The notes below the pieces were generated by a model. It was given only the letters and a program-made list of their open reading frames with translations. It was not told the origin of the DNA and did no database searches. Both the position numbers and the translations under genes were made by a program. A stretch of 63,783 bases of DNA, counting the filler, from Basidiobolus ranarum (taxonomy: Eukaryota): assembly GCA_040143965.1 (NCBI GenBank). It is 3 parts of 3 records of this genome, joined end to end, with 100 filler letters (N's around TTAATTAATTAA, not from the genome) between each part and the next. Parts side by side here need not be neighbours in the genome. Positions count along the whole stretch, not along the records: positions 42,614 to 63,783 come from JASJQH010000212.1; 2 more parts are not named here. One strand, 5' to 3'. Of this stretch, positions 53,475-63,783 are shown piece after piece; the first letter of the stretch is position 1, and the number at the start of each line of letters is the position of its first letter.

Positions 53475-55761
53475 TTAAAAGTCACCCATATCATCATCAT
53501 CGTCATCCATGTCAGCCTCTTCAATTTCTTTAGCCAATTCACGTTCTCTTTCACGAGCAGCCTCCGCTGATTCCAACTCTTTACGATGAGCATTCAATGG
53601 GAAACGCATAGCCTATATGGACTCATGTTAGTCAATAGACAAAGACAGATTAACCATTAGTTATGTTACCTTGATTGAGTCATTATGAAGATCAAGACAG
53701 AAGCTAATCCGTTGATGGAAGGCATTTTGTGGTTCATTTGTGGAATAAATATCTACGTTTTCTTTAGATTTGATGAATCCATTTTCATGATCAATAGTGG
53801 CATCAATAACTCCATCTTTGATAGCCTATTTTTAGCAACAATCAAAAGAGTTGAGTTATCATTCATCTAAGTTTTCTTGAATAGATTCTTTACCTTAGCT
53901 ACGATATACTCCGCATCTTCCTCGCTGTCAAGGTGAAGCTTCAGACAGATGTCACGTAAAGAGATACGTGAATATGAAAGACTAATCATACGGATACCGG
54001 TTTTGATCACATTGTGACGAAGTCTAGAATCCATTCAAATTAGTTCAGATCCAGTTAACGACAATATCTCAAAGATAGAAATTACCTAAGGATAAGGGTA
54101 TAATTCTTGTCCGCACGGAAAACCTTTCCGAATTCCGCCAGTGTATCCTGGAACTTGGTCAAATCACCAATACGAACAGCTAGTAATCCCATGATATTAT
54201 TAAAGTGAAGATTTCATGCCATTAATTTCCCCTGAACCTACCTTGAGTGATATGAAGATAAGGAATCAATGCTTTACGAAGAACTGGTTGCCTAAAGATA
54301 GAACGCTCGGGGATCTCTCCCATGAGTAATTGTACAATGATCGCCAATTTATGAACCTATCGGGATGTAAGTAAAGGCTATGGATTCGATGAGATAAACA
54401 GTCAACTTACAGTTTGTTGGAACCCAGCTGTAATCACGTTTTGAGGTGCTTTACGAATAGCTTGTAGGAGATGGGCGTGGGAAGAACTATAGTCAAGTTG
54501 AAGTGCCTTGATACGTCCTGATCAATTAATAATTCACGTAAGTATAATGCTCATTCATTCTAGAAAGAAGCTGTTATATAGTTTACCAAGATAATACATA
54601 TATCTGGCGAATTGATTGTTGCCAGCAGATTCAGGGAAGGTAGTCTTGGTTACCAACTTATCCGCTTGATCATAAAGGTTGTAGTGGAAGTAATTCCTCA
54701 ATAAAAGATTGAGAAGTGTTGCCTAAATTCCATCGACACATTAGTATACTTTGTGGATCGATTAGTTTCAAAAATTCTCGATACAAACCTGGCAGTCATC
54801 ATCACGTCTTAGGGTAGCGGTTCTCTGGGCAGCAAGAAGTTTACTAGATGTTTCAACATTAGTTAAAGGAGAGCAAAGTCAATCAAAAATATGCTTGTCA
54901 TTACGGTCTGATTTCAGCTAATCTGTCTGTGAGTTCATAGGCTCTAGAATGGTAGAAGTAAATACGAGCAGCAATTTGATCAAGAGAGCGTCTATTATAA
55001 TTATGGACAGCGTCAAGTAGATAGTTGGCAAGTTCGATGCTCTATAATGAAATATATCTCAGTTAGACGAGGTGAGTTTCTTCTACTAATAAATTAAGGG
55101 TAACATTACTTTGTTGTATTCCTTCTGGTCCAAAAGATAAGTAAGAACCAGTAGACCAATATACAGTTCAATTTCGGGAAGTGCTTCTGAAACTTTTACG
55201 TCGTGGGTATCTACTTCCATTGATTCCGAAGTCTAATTTTCGTATTTATCATAAGTATATTGGACAATGCTTGCAAATCAAAACAGTAAATGACCTACAT
55301 CAAGGTAACTAAGAAGTTTGCTTTTCATTCCATGCTCTAAATAAGTCAATTTGGTTTGAGTTTCCAAGTTCAAAAAGAATATCAAGTAATCTCTATAGAT
55401 GAAATCTATACTTTAAATTAGGATAACAATCAATACCTTTGGGGAATTTGAGTTGAATAGCTTGTTTGATAACATCGGAGGTAATCCGTCTTCTAAGTGA
55501 AGCAGTAATACGAAGAGCTCTAGTAGTGAAACGTGACTCGGTAGTTAAAACTGCCTTCTCCAATAAATAGAAATTATGCTTCAAATCTGGCAAAGGGTTG
55601 ATTTTAGTGTTTATAGACGAAGTACTGTAAAAGTTTCTCCACTAACCTCCTAACACAAGAGCAGAAGATTCGGAAGCTTTTTGTTCTTCCGATTTTTCTT
55701 CTACCATTGGTATGATTTGGTCATCTGCAGAGGGTTTGGTATCAGTCTCCATGTTGGTCAT
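53475..55761 (-). CDS. RPN3: 26S proteasome lid subunit Rpn3/PSMD3, multi-exon
   Basis: [96 protein letters not shown], acidic tail DDDDDMGDF*. Confidence 0.93.
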
Positions 55762-56309
55762 TTTAGGATATTATTCTCTACACAGAGGAGTTGTTATGAG
55801 AGTTCTATCACGAAATCATTTCTACCTGCTTCTGGGGGTTTACGCAACGGGAATTTTTGGTGACGTCTTCGAAAAAAGCCCCCTTTTTTTAAATGTCATC
55901 GCATTTATGGAAATTTTATCGATGATTAATTTTGGAAAAATATCGAGAAAGAAATCATTGATCAAAGAGGTGTTGGTTTAAATATTAATCAAGTCATTAA
56001 TTGAATGATGAGAGTATCATACAACTTGAGGTAAGCAATATCCGATGATCTACTCTAACCATTCACACATTTACTAGTAACACGTTCAAGAACATCCATG
56101 CCAACACACCCCTGCCTAAGCAACCTTCGATCATTGAATTGGCAAGTTTATCAAATACATTCCATAAATAGGGGAGGCGAAGCATAATAAAACCACATCT
56201 ATCTTAAACTGTACGGGAAAGTGGGAGTGAATGAGATCTTAGGATGGTATTTACTTGCTACTAAGCCTTCTCGATGAAAAGAATAGAATGAACAAAAAAG
56301 AGGTTGATT

Positions 56310-56639
56310 TTACATGATATTACACTCACATCCGGCTCCTTTTGCTGCGAATAGGTCGGTTGTGTTGGAAGTGCCCCAGACCGAAGGCACCAAGTAATCC
56401 CTGGTCGTTGTGACATACTTGATTAACCTAATTCTTAGAGTTAATTTTATTCCTTTCTATAATGGCAGTTGTATCACTTACATGTGACTGGCTTGCGAGG
56501 TTGGAATTCGTTGGTGGTCAAGTTGATGCTTTAGATAGTTGTTATACTCCATCATCTTTCTCAGCTTGTGTTCTGACATAACGTTCAGCCCAGTTACGGG
56601 TGTAGCCAGGTTACCACTACTAGGAGATACTGAGAGCAT
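56310..56639 (-). CDS. Heterotrimeric G-protein gamma subunit (Ste18/GpgA-like), 2 exons (56482-56639, 56310-56427); alternative start at 56579
   Basis: The spliced translation MSEHKLRKMMEYNNYLKHQLDHQRIPTSQASHMLIKYVTTTRDYLVPSVWGTSNTTDLFAAKGAGCECNIM* shows the fungal GGL motif (D.LVPSVWG) and a CAAX box (CNIM). Confidence 0.9.
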
Positions 56640-57280
56640 TGAATGTAAGCAAACCAATAATATTGATTGCACTGAAGGTAAATCCAGGAATGTACGTAAG
56701 GATTATGTAAGGTAGTGTTCGAGCGATTGTCTGGTAAGACTTAACGGAAAGAGAACAAAGTCAAGAGATATCAAGAGCGGTCATAGACAAGTTATACTCC
56801 CAATGTCTCTAGCTAAATGTCAAATCAGGGGCAACTCAAGTTAGGGAGTGAAATTCAGATGATTCGGTTCAGTTTTAGCTCAATTAAATTAGTCACTCTA
56901 TTAATGAATAATATACTCACTGCAAAGGATCAGTAATTTACACTCAGCCATCCCTTCCCCATCTCCTTACGATACAAGTCCGTTGAGCCCAATAAGTCCA
57001 AAAAGATGAAACCAAGATGCAAGCTCTACCACTAGCTCCATATATATATGCTCTGTACAGGTACGCCACTACTTTCTCCGAGAGAGTTCGACATTCTTAG
57101 CTATGCAATCTATGCAGTTGTTAAACATCACGTTCCATTAAATTGATTAGAAATATTGATCTCATGTAAAGATTGATATCGAGAATTATGCTTATGCAAT
57201 ATTAATATTACTACTTTGGATAATAATTAATTTCAAAAATTCTACGTTAACTTGAACCATATTTGAAGAGTGTTCACCAA

Positions 57281-58278
57281 ATGGTCTTTACGAAATTACT
57301 TCGTCCCTGTTTAACTCATGTTAACCGGACAACGAGGTTTCTTGCTCAACATGGTTCACAACAACTTACCCATCAAGTCAAAAGAAATATCCACGCTACT
57401 CCTGCCATTTTAGAGGTCAAATCTGGTAACTACTTAGAGTTTATTTCCGTTGATAAGAGCCTCAGCTAAATACACGTACTTTTTTTATTGGCGTCTGTAC
57501 GCCTCATCAAAGATCTTGTCTCTTCTATTGAACAAGCTATGGAGCGATGCAAAGTGCTACCACCCGGAGATCTACCAAGTTTTCTGGTGGAATTCAAAGA
57601 GAAGAGCTCGTTCAAGGTAGGAGATTAATCATTTGAATATTCAGTTGGTTTGAGTAAACTAAATTGAATTTTCATAGATTCGAGACATGCCTGGACAAAC
57701 AAACGTTACTATGTCCAGAGCCTTCGGAAATGAAAAGTATTATCATTACTTGACTCTTCAGTTGTAACCTTCTTATTAATACGCAAACTGTTTAGAATTA
57801 AGATAGACTTTTCTATTGATGACATACAACTGGCTCAAGTAACCAAAAACCCCAAAACCCAGGTAAGATTCACTCATTAGCATATACATTACTTTAACTG
57901 ATATCGACTTGGATACCAAAGGTACGTGAGGTGGCATCTTTTCCAGTAGAATGCCTTATAACAATCACAAAAGGAGAGGAGAATGGATGTTTAATGTTCA
58001 AAACTATGATTGAAGATGGAGATTTGTTTATTGAACACGTTTTCTACCACCCTGAGGCGGATATTTCCAAGAAACATGAACTTGTTGGGTTCAAAGGGTA
58101 TCTTGGACCAGATATAAATGTGTTGGATGATGATCTAAAAAGAATAATTTACCAATTTCTCGAAGAAAGAGATGTAGATGAAGTAATCAATCTGTTTATC
58201 CCTAACTACATAGAGTATAAGGATCAGAAAGAGTATCACAAGTGGCTGAAGAACTTGAAAGCATTCATTGAAGAATGA
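57281..58278 (+). CDS. MAM33: Mitochondrial acidic matrix glycoprotein, MAM33/C1QBP family, multi-exon
   Basis: Basic presequence MVFTKLLRPCLTHVNRTTRF; IRDMPGQTNVTMSRAFGNE; YLGPDINVLDDDLKRIIYQFLEERDVDE...YKDQKEYHKWLKNLKAFIE. Confidence 0.85.
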
Positions 58279-59239
58279 ATATCAACCATCAACCATCAAC
58301 CACACCTTCATGCACATTCACTCATCGTCACCTTACCCTTACCCTTCCCTTCCCTTGCCTTACCCTTCTCTTACCCATCTATACATTGTTATCATAATAA
58401 AGTTGCTATTTGCATGTAATGATCTGTTTTTACTCAAGGGTACCCAAGCTTCGGTATCTGCTTAAAGCGAAATCCATAGGCGTTGGAAAAAAAAAGTAGT
58501 TATCCAATAGATTCCCCTGATTAACCCAAAAATCCCCTGGATATCTCAGTGAGTATTTTCAATAAATGTCGAGTGAAGCAAGTAACTAACATCACCTATC
58601 TTCTCTATCTCCCAAGGCTCATCATGAGGTGACAAGGTATATACAATCTTCATATTCATATTCATCCAAGCAGCACTCGACGGTTTTTATCCTTCATTAA
58701 CGAGGTGCCTTATGGCCTTTCTCGGACCCAATGAAGACTATGGTAGAACTGTCCGTGCAAGATTAAAATTTATCTCCGATTTGCCCTGGCACATCACGGT
58801 TTCTTTGTATCATTGAATCTTTACCGATGTGACATTACTTAATCATGAGAACAGTCTTCACATTCCTATCTCGCTAGTCTGAGACTAACATTTACATTTC
58901 TAGGGTCTTGCCGATGTCATTGTAAATAAATTTCTTTTAAGTTTCAATCGTTTTATGCCAATTTATATTATTGCTTTATCGTTGTGTAATACAAGCAACA
59001 CAAGAAACGCATCAAGTGTTTCGGAGTGCATTGCATCAGCCTCATCTTCATATAAGATGAAACAGTTCGGATGGATTGTTAAACTAAGCAGTGTTGGATA
59101 CCTGACATGCGCCAGGATCATGTCGATTGAGATAACTTAAAGTTGAACCAGGTGCACAAAGTTATGATGCTGGGATTGACTTGATTTACTTTCAACCACT
59201 CCACAGTCGATTTCTTGGTACTCGTCCTTGTCCACTCCG

Positions 59240-60298
59240 ATGATACTTCCTTGGCTATCCATATTTTCCATTCTTAGTGTAGTGAAAGTAGGTTCGGCCT
59301 ATGTATATCGAACCAGTGAAGATGTATACACTGTGGAAAAAGGATATCGGTGGGAGGCCCTAGAAGATTTCGGATTTACTTCTATCTCAGCAGGAGTGGA
59401 TGACACTGCATGGGCGGTAACTAAAGATAATGGTCTGTATCGGTTTACTGGTAAACGCTGGGGATTGATTCCAGGTAAGATTCGATCCATTGCAAGTCTA
59501 GATATGAATACGGCTTGGGCTGTATCACCCAGTGGAAGTATCTATCGCTTCTTCAATGGGATTTGGAAAGGGTACCCCGGTAAACTTACCTACATCTCAG
59601 CAGCCATGGCGGATGGGTATGTGGATAGAGTGGAACATGTTTGGGGAATATCTCCGGGTAATACGATATGGTATAGCTACTATCAACCTAGAGAGGATAA
59701 ATGTTCCTGGAAAAGTATGAGAAAACCAAATGGATTAAGAGCGTTGGCTATCGCTTCAGTAGGGGACGGAACAGCATTTGCTTTATTTGATGTAAGAGAT
59801 GCACAAGGATATGTTGTGTATAGATGGAATGGATCTTCATGGAGTTTAATTGATGAAAGATTTGTTTCAATTTCCAACGGTTCTAATGGTAGAGTGGTAG
59901 GTTTTATGGCTGATGGAACCATTCGATTGTTCTCTTCTGATACCATGTCTTGGTCTACAATACACGCCCCAGGATTGAATCCAAAAACCGTTTCGGTTGG
60001 TGTTAGAATTTGGGCCCTATCTGATACTCCAGTGGAGGAAAAATCTACCTACAAAGGAAGTTCTTCTAGAAGTCCACCACCTCCCCGCAGAAAATCCCAT
60101 AATGGGAAAAGACCCTACTCTCGGACCCACTCTTCCTCCTCCACCACTTCTACCTCTTCCTCCTCCGCCACTAGACCCAAGAGGCCATATAAGAGAGTGA
60201 ATGGAGGTAAGAAGAAGTATGGTACGAAAACTTCCGCGAAGAAAGAGTATTCAGTCAAGTTACTCAAAGTGCTAAAAGAATCGCCACCTATAGCTTAA
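59240..60298 (+). CDS. Secreted tectonin (TECPR beta-propeller lectin-like) with a basic Ser/Pro-rich tail, intronless
   Basis: Signal peptide MILPWLSIFSILSVVKVGSA. About six repeats of W..(I)PG...IS......(A/V)WAV...G.(I/L)Y.....W. Tail SRSPPPPRRKS...RPKRPYKRV..KKK. Confidence 0.8.
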   Translation: MILPWLSIFSILSVVKVGSAYVYRTSEDVYTVEKGYRWEALEDFGFTSISAGVDDTAWAVTKDNGLYRFTGKRWGLIPGKIRSIASLDMNTAWAVSPSGSIYRFFNGIWKGYPGKLTYISAAMADGYVDRVEHVWGISPGNTIWYSYYQPREDKCSWKSMRKPNGLRALAIASVGDGTAFALFDVRDAQGYVVYRWNGSSWSLIDERFVSISNGSNGRVVGFMADGTIRLFSSDTMSWSTIHAPGLNPKTVSVGVRIWALSDTPVEEKSTYKGSSSRSPPPPRRKSHNGKRPYSRTHSSSSTTSTSSSSATRPKRPYKRVNGGKKKYGTKTSAKKEYSVKLLKVLKESPPIA

Positions 60299-61099
60299 AC
60301 GCAATCCTAAGCATGTATAATTTAGAGATATTTGGTTGACTTGTTCCTAGTACACCTTCTTTTCCACACCTTTCCTCCACACCTTTTACGTTCCATGATT
60401 TCAATTGTTAATTCAAAGTAAAATAAATTCAATCACTCACAAGATCATGATACTTACTTATACTTAATACTACTCGGTGATAAGTAGAAATGTTTACTAC
60501 TCTATCTGCAACATTTCACTTGCATATTTGAAACAATTATCGAAGATACTACAAGGATATTTTGTTCTGAACATATCTTGTAGATATACTACAATAAATT
60601 TCTGAGTAATATCCTTGTTCTTACGTGTTTTGTAAATGCTTGATCAAATTTGATTGCCAGCAGTATACATACTCAACAAGGTGCAACATTTACTTTCTAA
60701 GATGCTCAATAAATAACATCATACAGTTAGATTGAAAAATATTGTTTCATCAAACAATATTAATGGCATCAGTTTTCAAGCTATCCTACCTTGACTCAAA
60801 ATGCCCAGATATAAATGATTAGAAATACTCTAGCCAGAGTAATACAGAGAGTGGCAATTTTCTCTTGTACTATGAAAGCTCAAAAAAATGATGATGTGTG
60901 AGCTCTATAAAAGATGCATTATTTTGCCAATTTAGAAAATACTTAGTTTTGTCACGATGTAGGCAAACAAATATTTAAAACATGTCAAGGAAGGTCCCAG
61001 AAACATGTGTGCAAAGTTTGGTGCTTCTAGCACATGTTTGAAAGATCTATATGCATTGGTTTAAAAAATTATAACATTTTTTCCTTCATACTTTTGAAC

Positions 61100-63783
61100 A
61101 TTCTCCTTAAGCACTTTTGATATTTTTATATATCCTTGTAGTGTGACACTACTGACGGTGCTTTGCAGTGTTTGTGTGGCTTTTTGCTTGCATTTAAGTT
61201 TGGAGCTAATTTCAACACTTCAAAAAGTACCAGTTGAGGTTGGAGAGCCATGAGTGTTATTTGCTGGTGTTTTGGCTTGTTGAGAGGTGCCAGGTGTTGG
61301 ATAAATTCCCAAATTAAGCACTCCTCCAACTGGTGTACCTGGTTCATCTTCATATTAAGCATTTTTGCCAGTATAATGGACTCTGGAAATACAGATCATC
61401 ATAATGGTGTGAAGAATTTGGCAAGTGGGATAGTAGAGTCTAAACTTGCAGCCTCCTTTGCTTTTCCCTTAGGTTTACTAACTTCCTGCTCCTAGAATAC
61501 TTCTTTAGCTGCTTTTCTTTTCCAAGTCAATAATTGTGTACATTTTTGAGATGCTTCATGAATAGCCCTATACTAACCCAATTGCCATTTGCTTGCAAAA
61601 ACCCAGGATAAGCCATATGAAATCAGTCAAGAATCTTCTGAGTAACTCCTGGTTTTTGGTTTTCCACAATTGGCTCAAATCAAGGTGATTTTGAGGAAGA
61701 TTCCACACAGTTCCAAGATGTTAAACCACTCATCATCAGAGCAAGTATGTGACAGCTCTGACATTCAGAGTTTGTTGGCTTGCCAGTTTTCCTATAAGAT
61801 TTCTACTTTCATCTGCCCATGCAATTTTTGGTTGTTGTGTAGGCTTGATGGTTCAACAAATATTCTGTTCTGCTAGATTATCATGGTGATGTTCATATGT
61901 ATGGTGTGGGATTGATTGAAATCCTATATGAGAATGGATAGAGGGAGCAGCATGTTGCTGTAGCTCAAGTACAGCATTCTGAAGGTCTTGTATCATTGTT
62001 GAGTGCCTCTCTACCTGTTGACTAGTTGCTTCAGAATGCAGCATAAATTGCAATATTGTGGCATTATTGTTTATTATGGCCTGTATAGCAACTTTGTAGT
62101 TTTTATGTGTGGTCATATACAAATCATTATGGAGTTATGCCTGCAATTCCCTTTTTGTAATAATTCTATCCAAATATTCTATGGAGGGTTGTTAAATAGT
62201 GGGCAAAGTAGCCATTTTGAAAGTCAATGGTCCTGATGGTATTTCCATTGAACTTTGCTCAAGTATTGATTTACTACATAATTGGGGGATTACAATCTCT
62301 TCACTTGCACTATTGCAGGAAAGGAACACATCTGGTAAATTGATCAATGCTTCATCATTACTTGAGTTTTTTTGGGCATGTTAATGCCTTCCAAAGTGGA
62401 TAGTGGATCACTAGATTACTCATCAATCAAGCCCTCTGTTCTTGCTGGTTTTTTTCCTTTTGTGCCAGCAGGCTTTTGATTAGAAGCAAATTTTGATTTA
62501 GATTTGAATGCTGTTTGAATGGCATCAGAATTTTCAGATGGTAAACTGGGGATTATGACTTTGATATGGTAAACTTGGTACAATGAAATTGTTTGGAAAC
62601 AGTTTATTATAGACCAAAATTGCCATCCATTACTGGAAATATCTTGTAAATCCCCTGATGACTCATCTGTGACACCACCTCCAAATCAGCTGAAGCTATT
62701 GATGGGCTATACCTAAAATACCACCATTACATTGGAGGTGTTCTTTTTTCTATAGTATCATTCTCATGTTGCAACACAAACATGTAAAGAAGCCCTACTA
62801 TAATTGTCACAAATTCTTGTGCTATGAAAGCTGTAAGCTTCTTAGAAAAAATAATCTCAAGCATGGTCACTGCATAAAGCCACTAGCCACACAAAGCCTG
62901 GTGAATATCAACAGTAATAAGTGGACAAAATTGACTTTAGTGTTGCCCACCAAATCCACTGGCTGTGCTTTGCCTCAAATATTTGGTAACACTGCCAAGA
63001 GTCAAGGTATCATGGAGTTACCACAGTTATATAACCAGAATGATGTAGGTAGAAATGCAACTTTGGTCAAACCAGTAAGTCCAGACAGCTTTGAGGACAT
63101 GCTGCTAGATGTTGACCTTAGTTATTTCAGTACTGATGGTAGTATATCAGAAGTTGAAGAAGAATACAATGATTTTATTACAGACTCTTTGTTATTGGCA
63201 AGCATTAGTCCATACATAACACTTCAAGTAAAGGAAGCAGCTTTGATTATTGAGGAGGAGAAAGTTCAATCCAATCATAGCAACCAGGTGTTTAATGATT
63301 TTGTTACACTTTTACCACAGTTGATTGGCAAGTGTTGCTTGCCACAGATCTAATACAAGTGGAAAACACTTGTCAATAGTATGACTTATAATCCTTCAGT
63401 AATTAAACTATCTTTGTGTCCAAATGGTTGTTTGGCTTTCACCAGTGATCTGAACACCTGAAGTCATGTACTGTTTGCACACAATTGGCAATCACTAAAC
63501 TAGGTAAATATTGTTTATATTTTGCTTACATACCATTGATTCCTCATCTTAAAGTTTTGATGAAATCACCCAAATATAGATTGTTGCTCCAATACCAAAG
63601 TACTCACCATAAAGCCAATGGTATTACTGATATACTTGATGGATATCACTACCAGAATCCAAAAAGTCAAGATTTCTTTGAGAACACATATGATCATGCA
63701 TTTGCATTGGCTCTGGATGGTATCTCACTAAACAAATATACTGTTGGAAAGGCTTGCTGGCCAATAATTTTAATCAACTTAAA
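61100..63783. mobile_element. Degenerate CACTA/EnSpm (Tnp2-like) DNA transposon relic, running off the window end
   Basis: Plus-strand fragments LCPNGCLAF, YIPLIPHLKVLM, ITDILDGYHY and AFALALDGISL...CWPIILINL resemble a Tnp2-type transposase. Stops and frameshifts are present, a broken minus-strand ORF spans ~61100-62500, and the region is CpG-free. Confidence 0.7.

Noticed and set aside
58279-58378. TCAACCA and CCTTAC/CCTTC short repeats downstream of MAM33
   Set aside because: Simple 3'-UTR microsatellite-like sequence; no spacer structure, so not a CRISPR array.
60609-60620. Other ATATCCTT motifs (here and near 61130)
   Set aside because: Outside any gene model and without a matching branch site or AC, so not U12 introns.

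Overview
Eukaryotic, intron-rich fungal DNA of roughly 37-40% GC (by eye). Velvet, tectonin, CIP2A and bacterial-like genes together with U12-type introns point to an early-diverging fungus; a Basidiobolus-like lineage is my inference and is not proven. The window is three contigs joined by two 100-nt N-linkers containing TTAATTAATTAA (21227-21326, 42514-42613). About 18 genes are recognisable: vacuolar proteinase A (PEP4), two convergent YCII paralogues, NC2-alpha, an Egt2-like PLP lyase, a velvet factor, an aquaglyceroporin, ARF6, a bacterial-type beta-helix protein, a Reb1/Nsi1-like Myb protein, a small Zn-finger-like protein, a CIP2A homologue, RPN3, a G-protein gamma subunit, MAM33, a secreted tectonin, one hypothetical ORF and a pseudogenised bacterial-type MFS transporter. 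There are also CpG-depleted transposon relics (copia, CACTA-like, a possible solo LTR, a nested foldback repeat family). The most notable signals are two minor-spliceosome (U12-type) introns, a GT-AG one in ARF6 and an AT-AC one in the CIP2A homologue, plus the fungal CIP2A gene itself and two probable bacterial horizontal acquisitions. Exon models were assembled by eye and no database searches were run.
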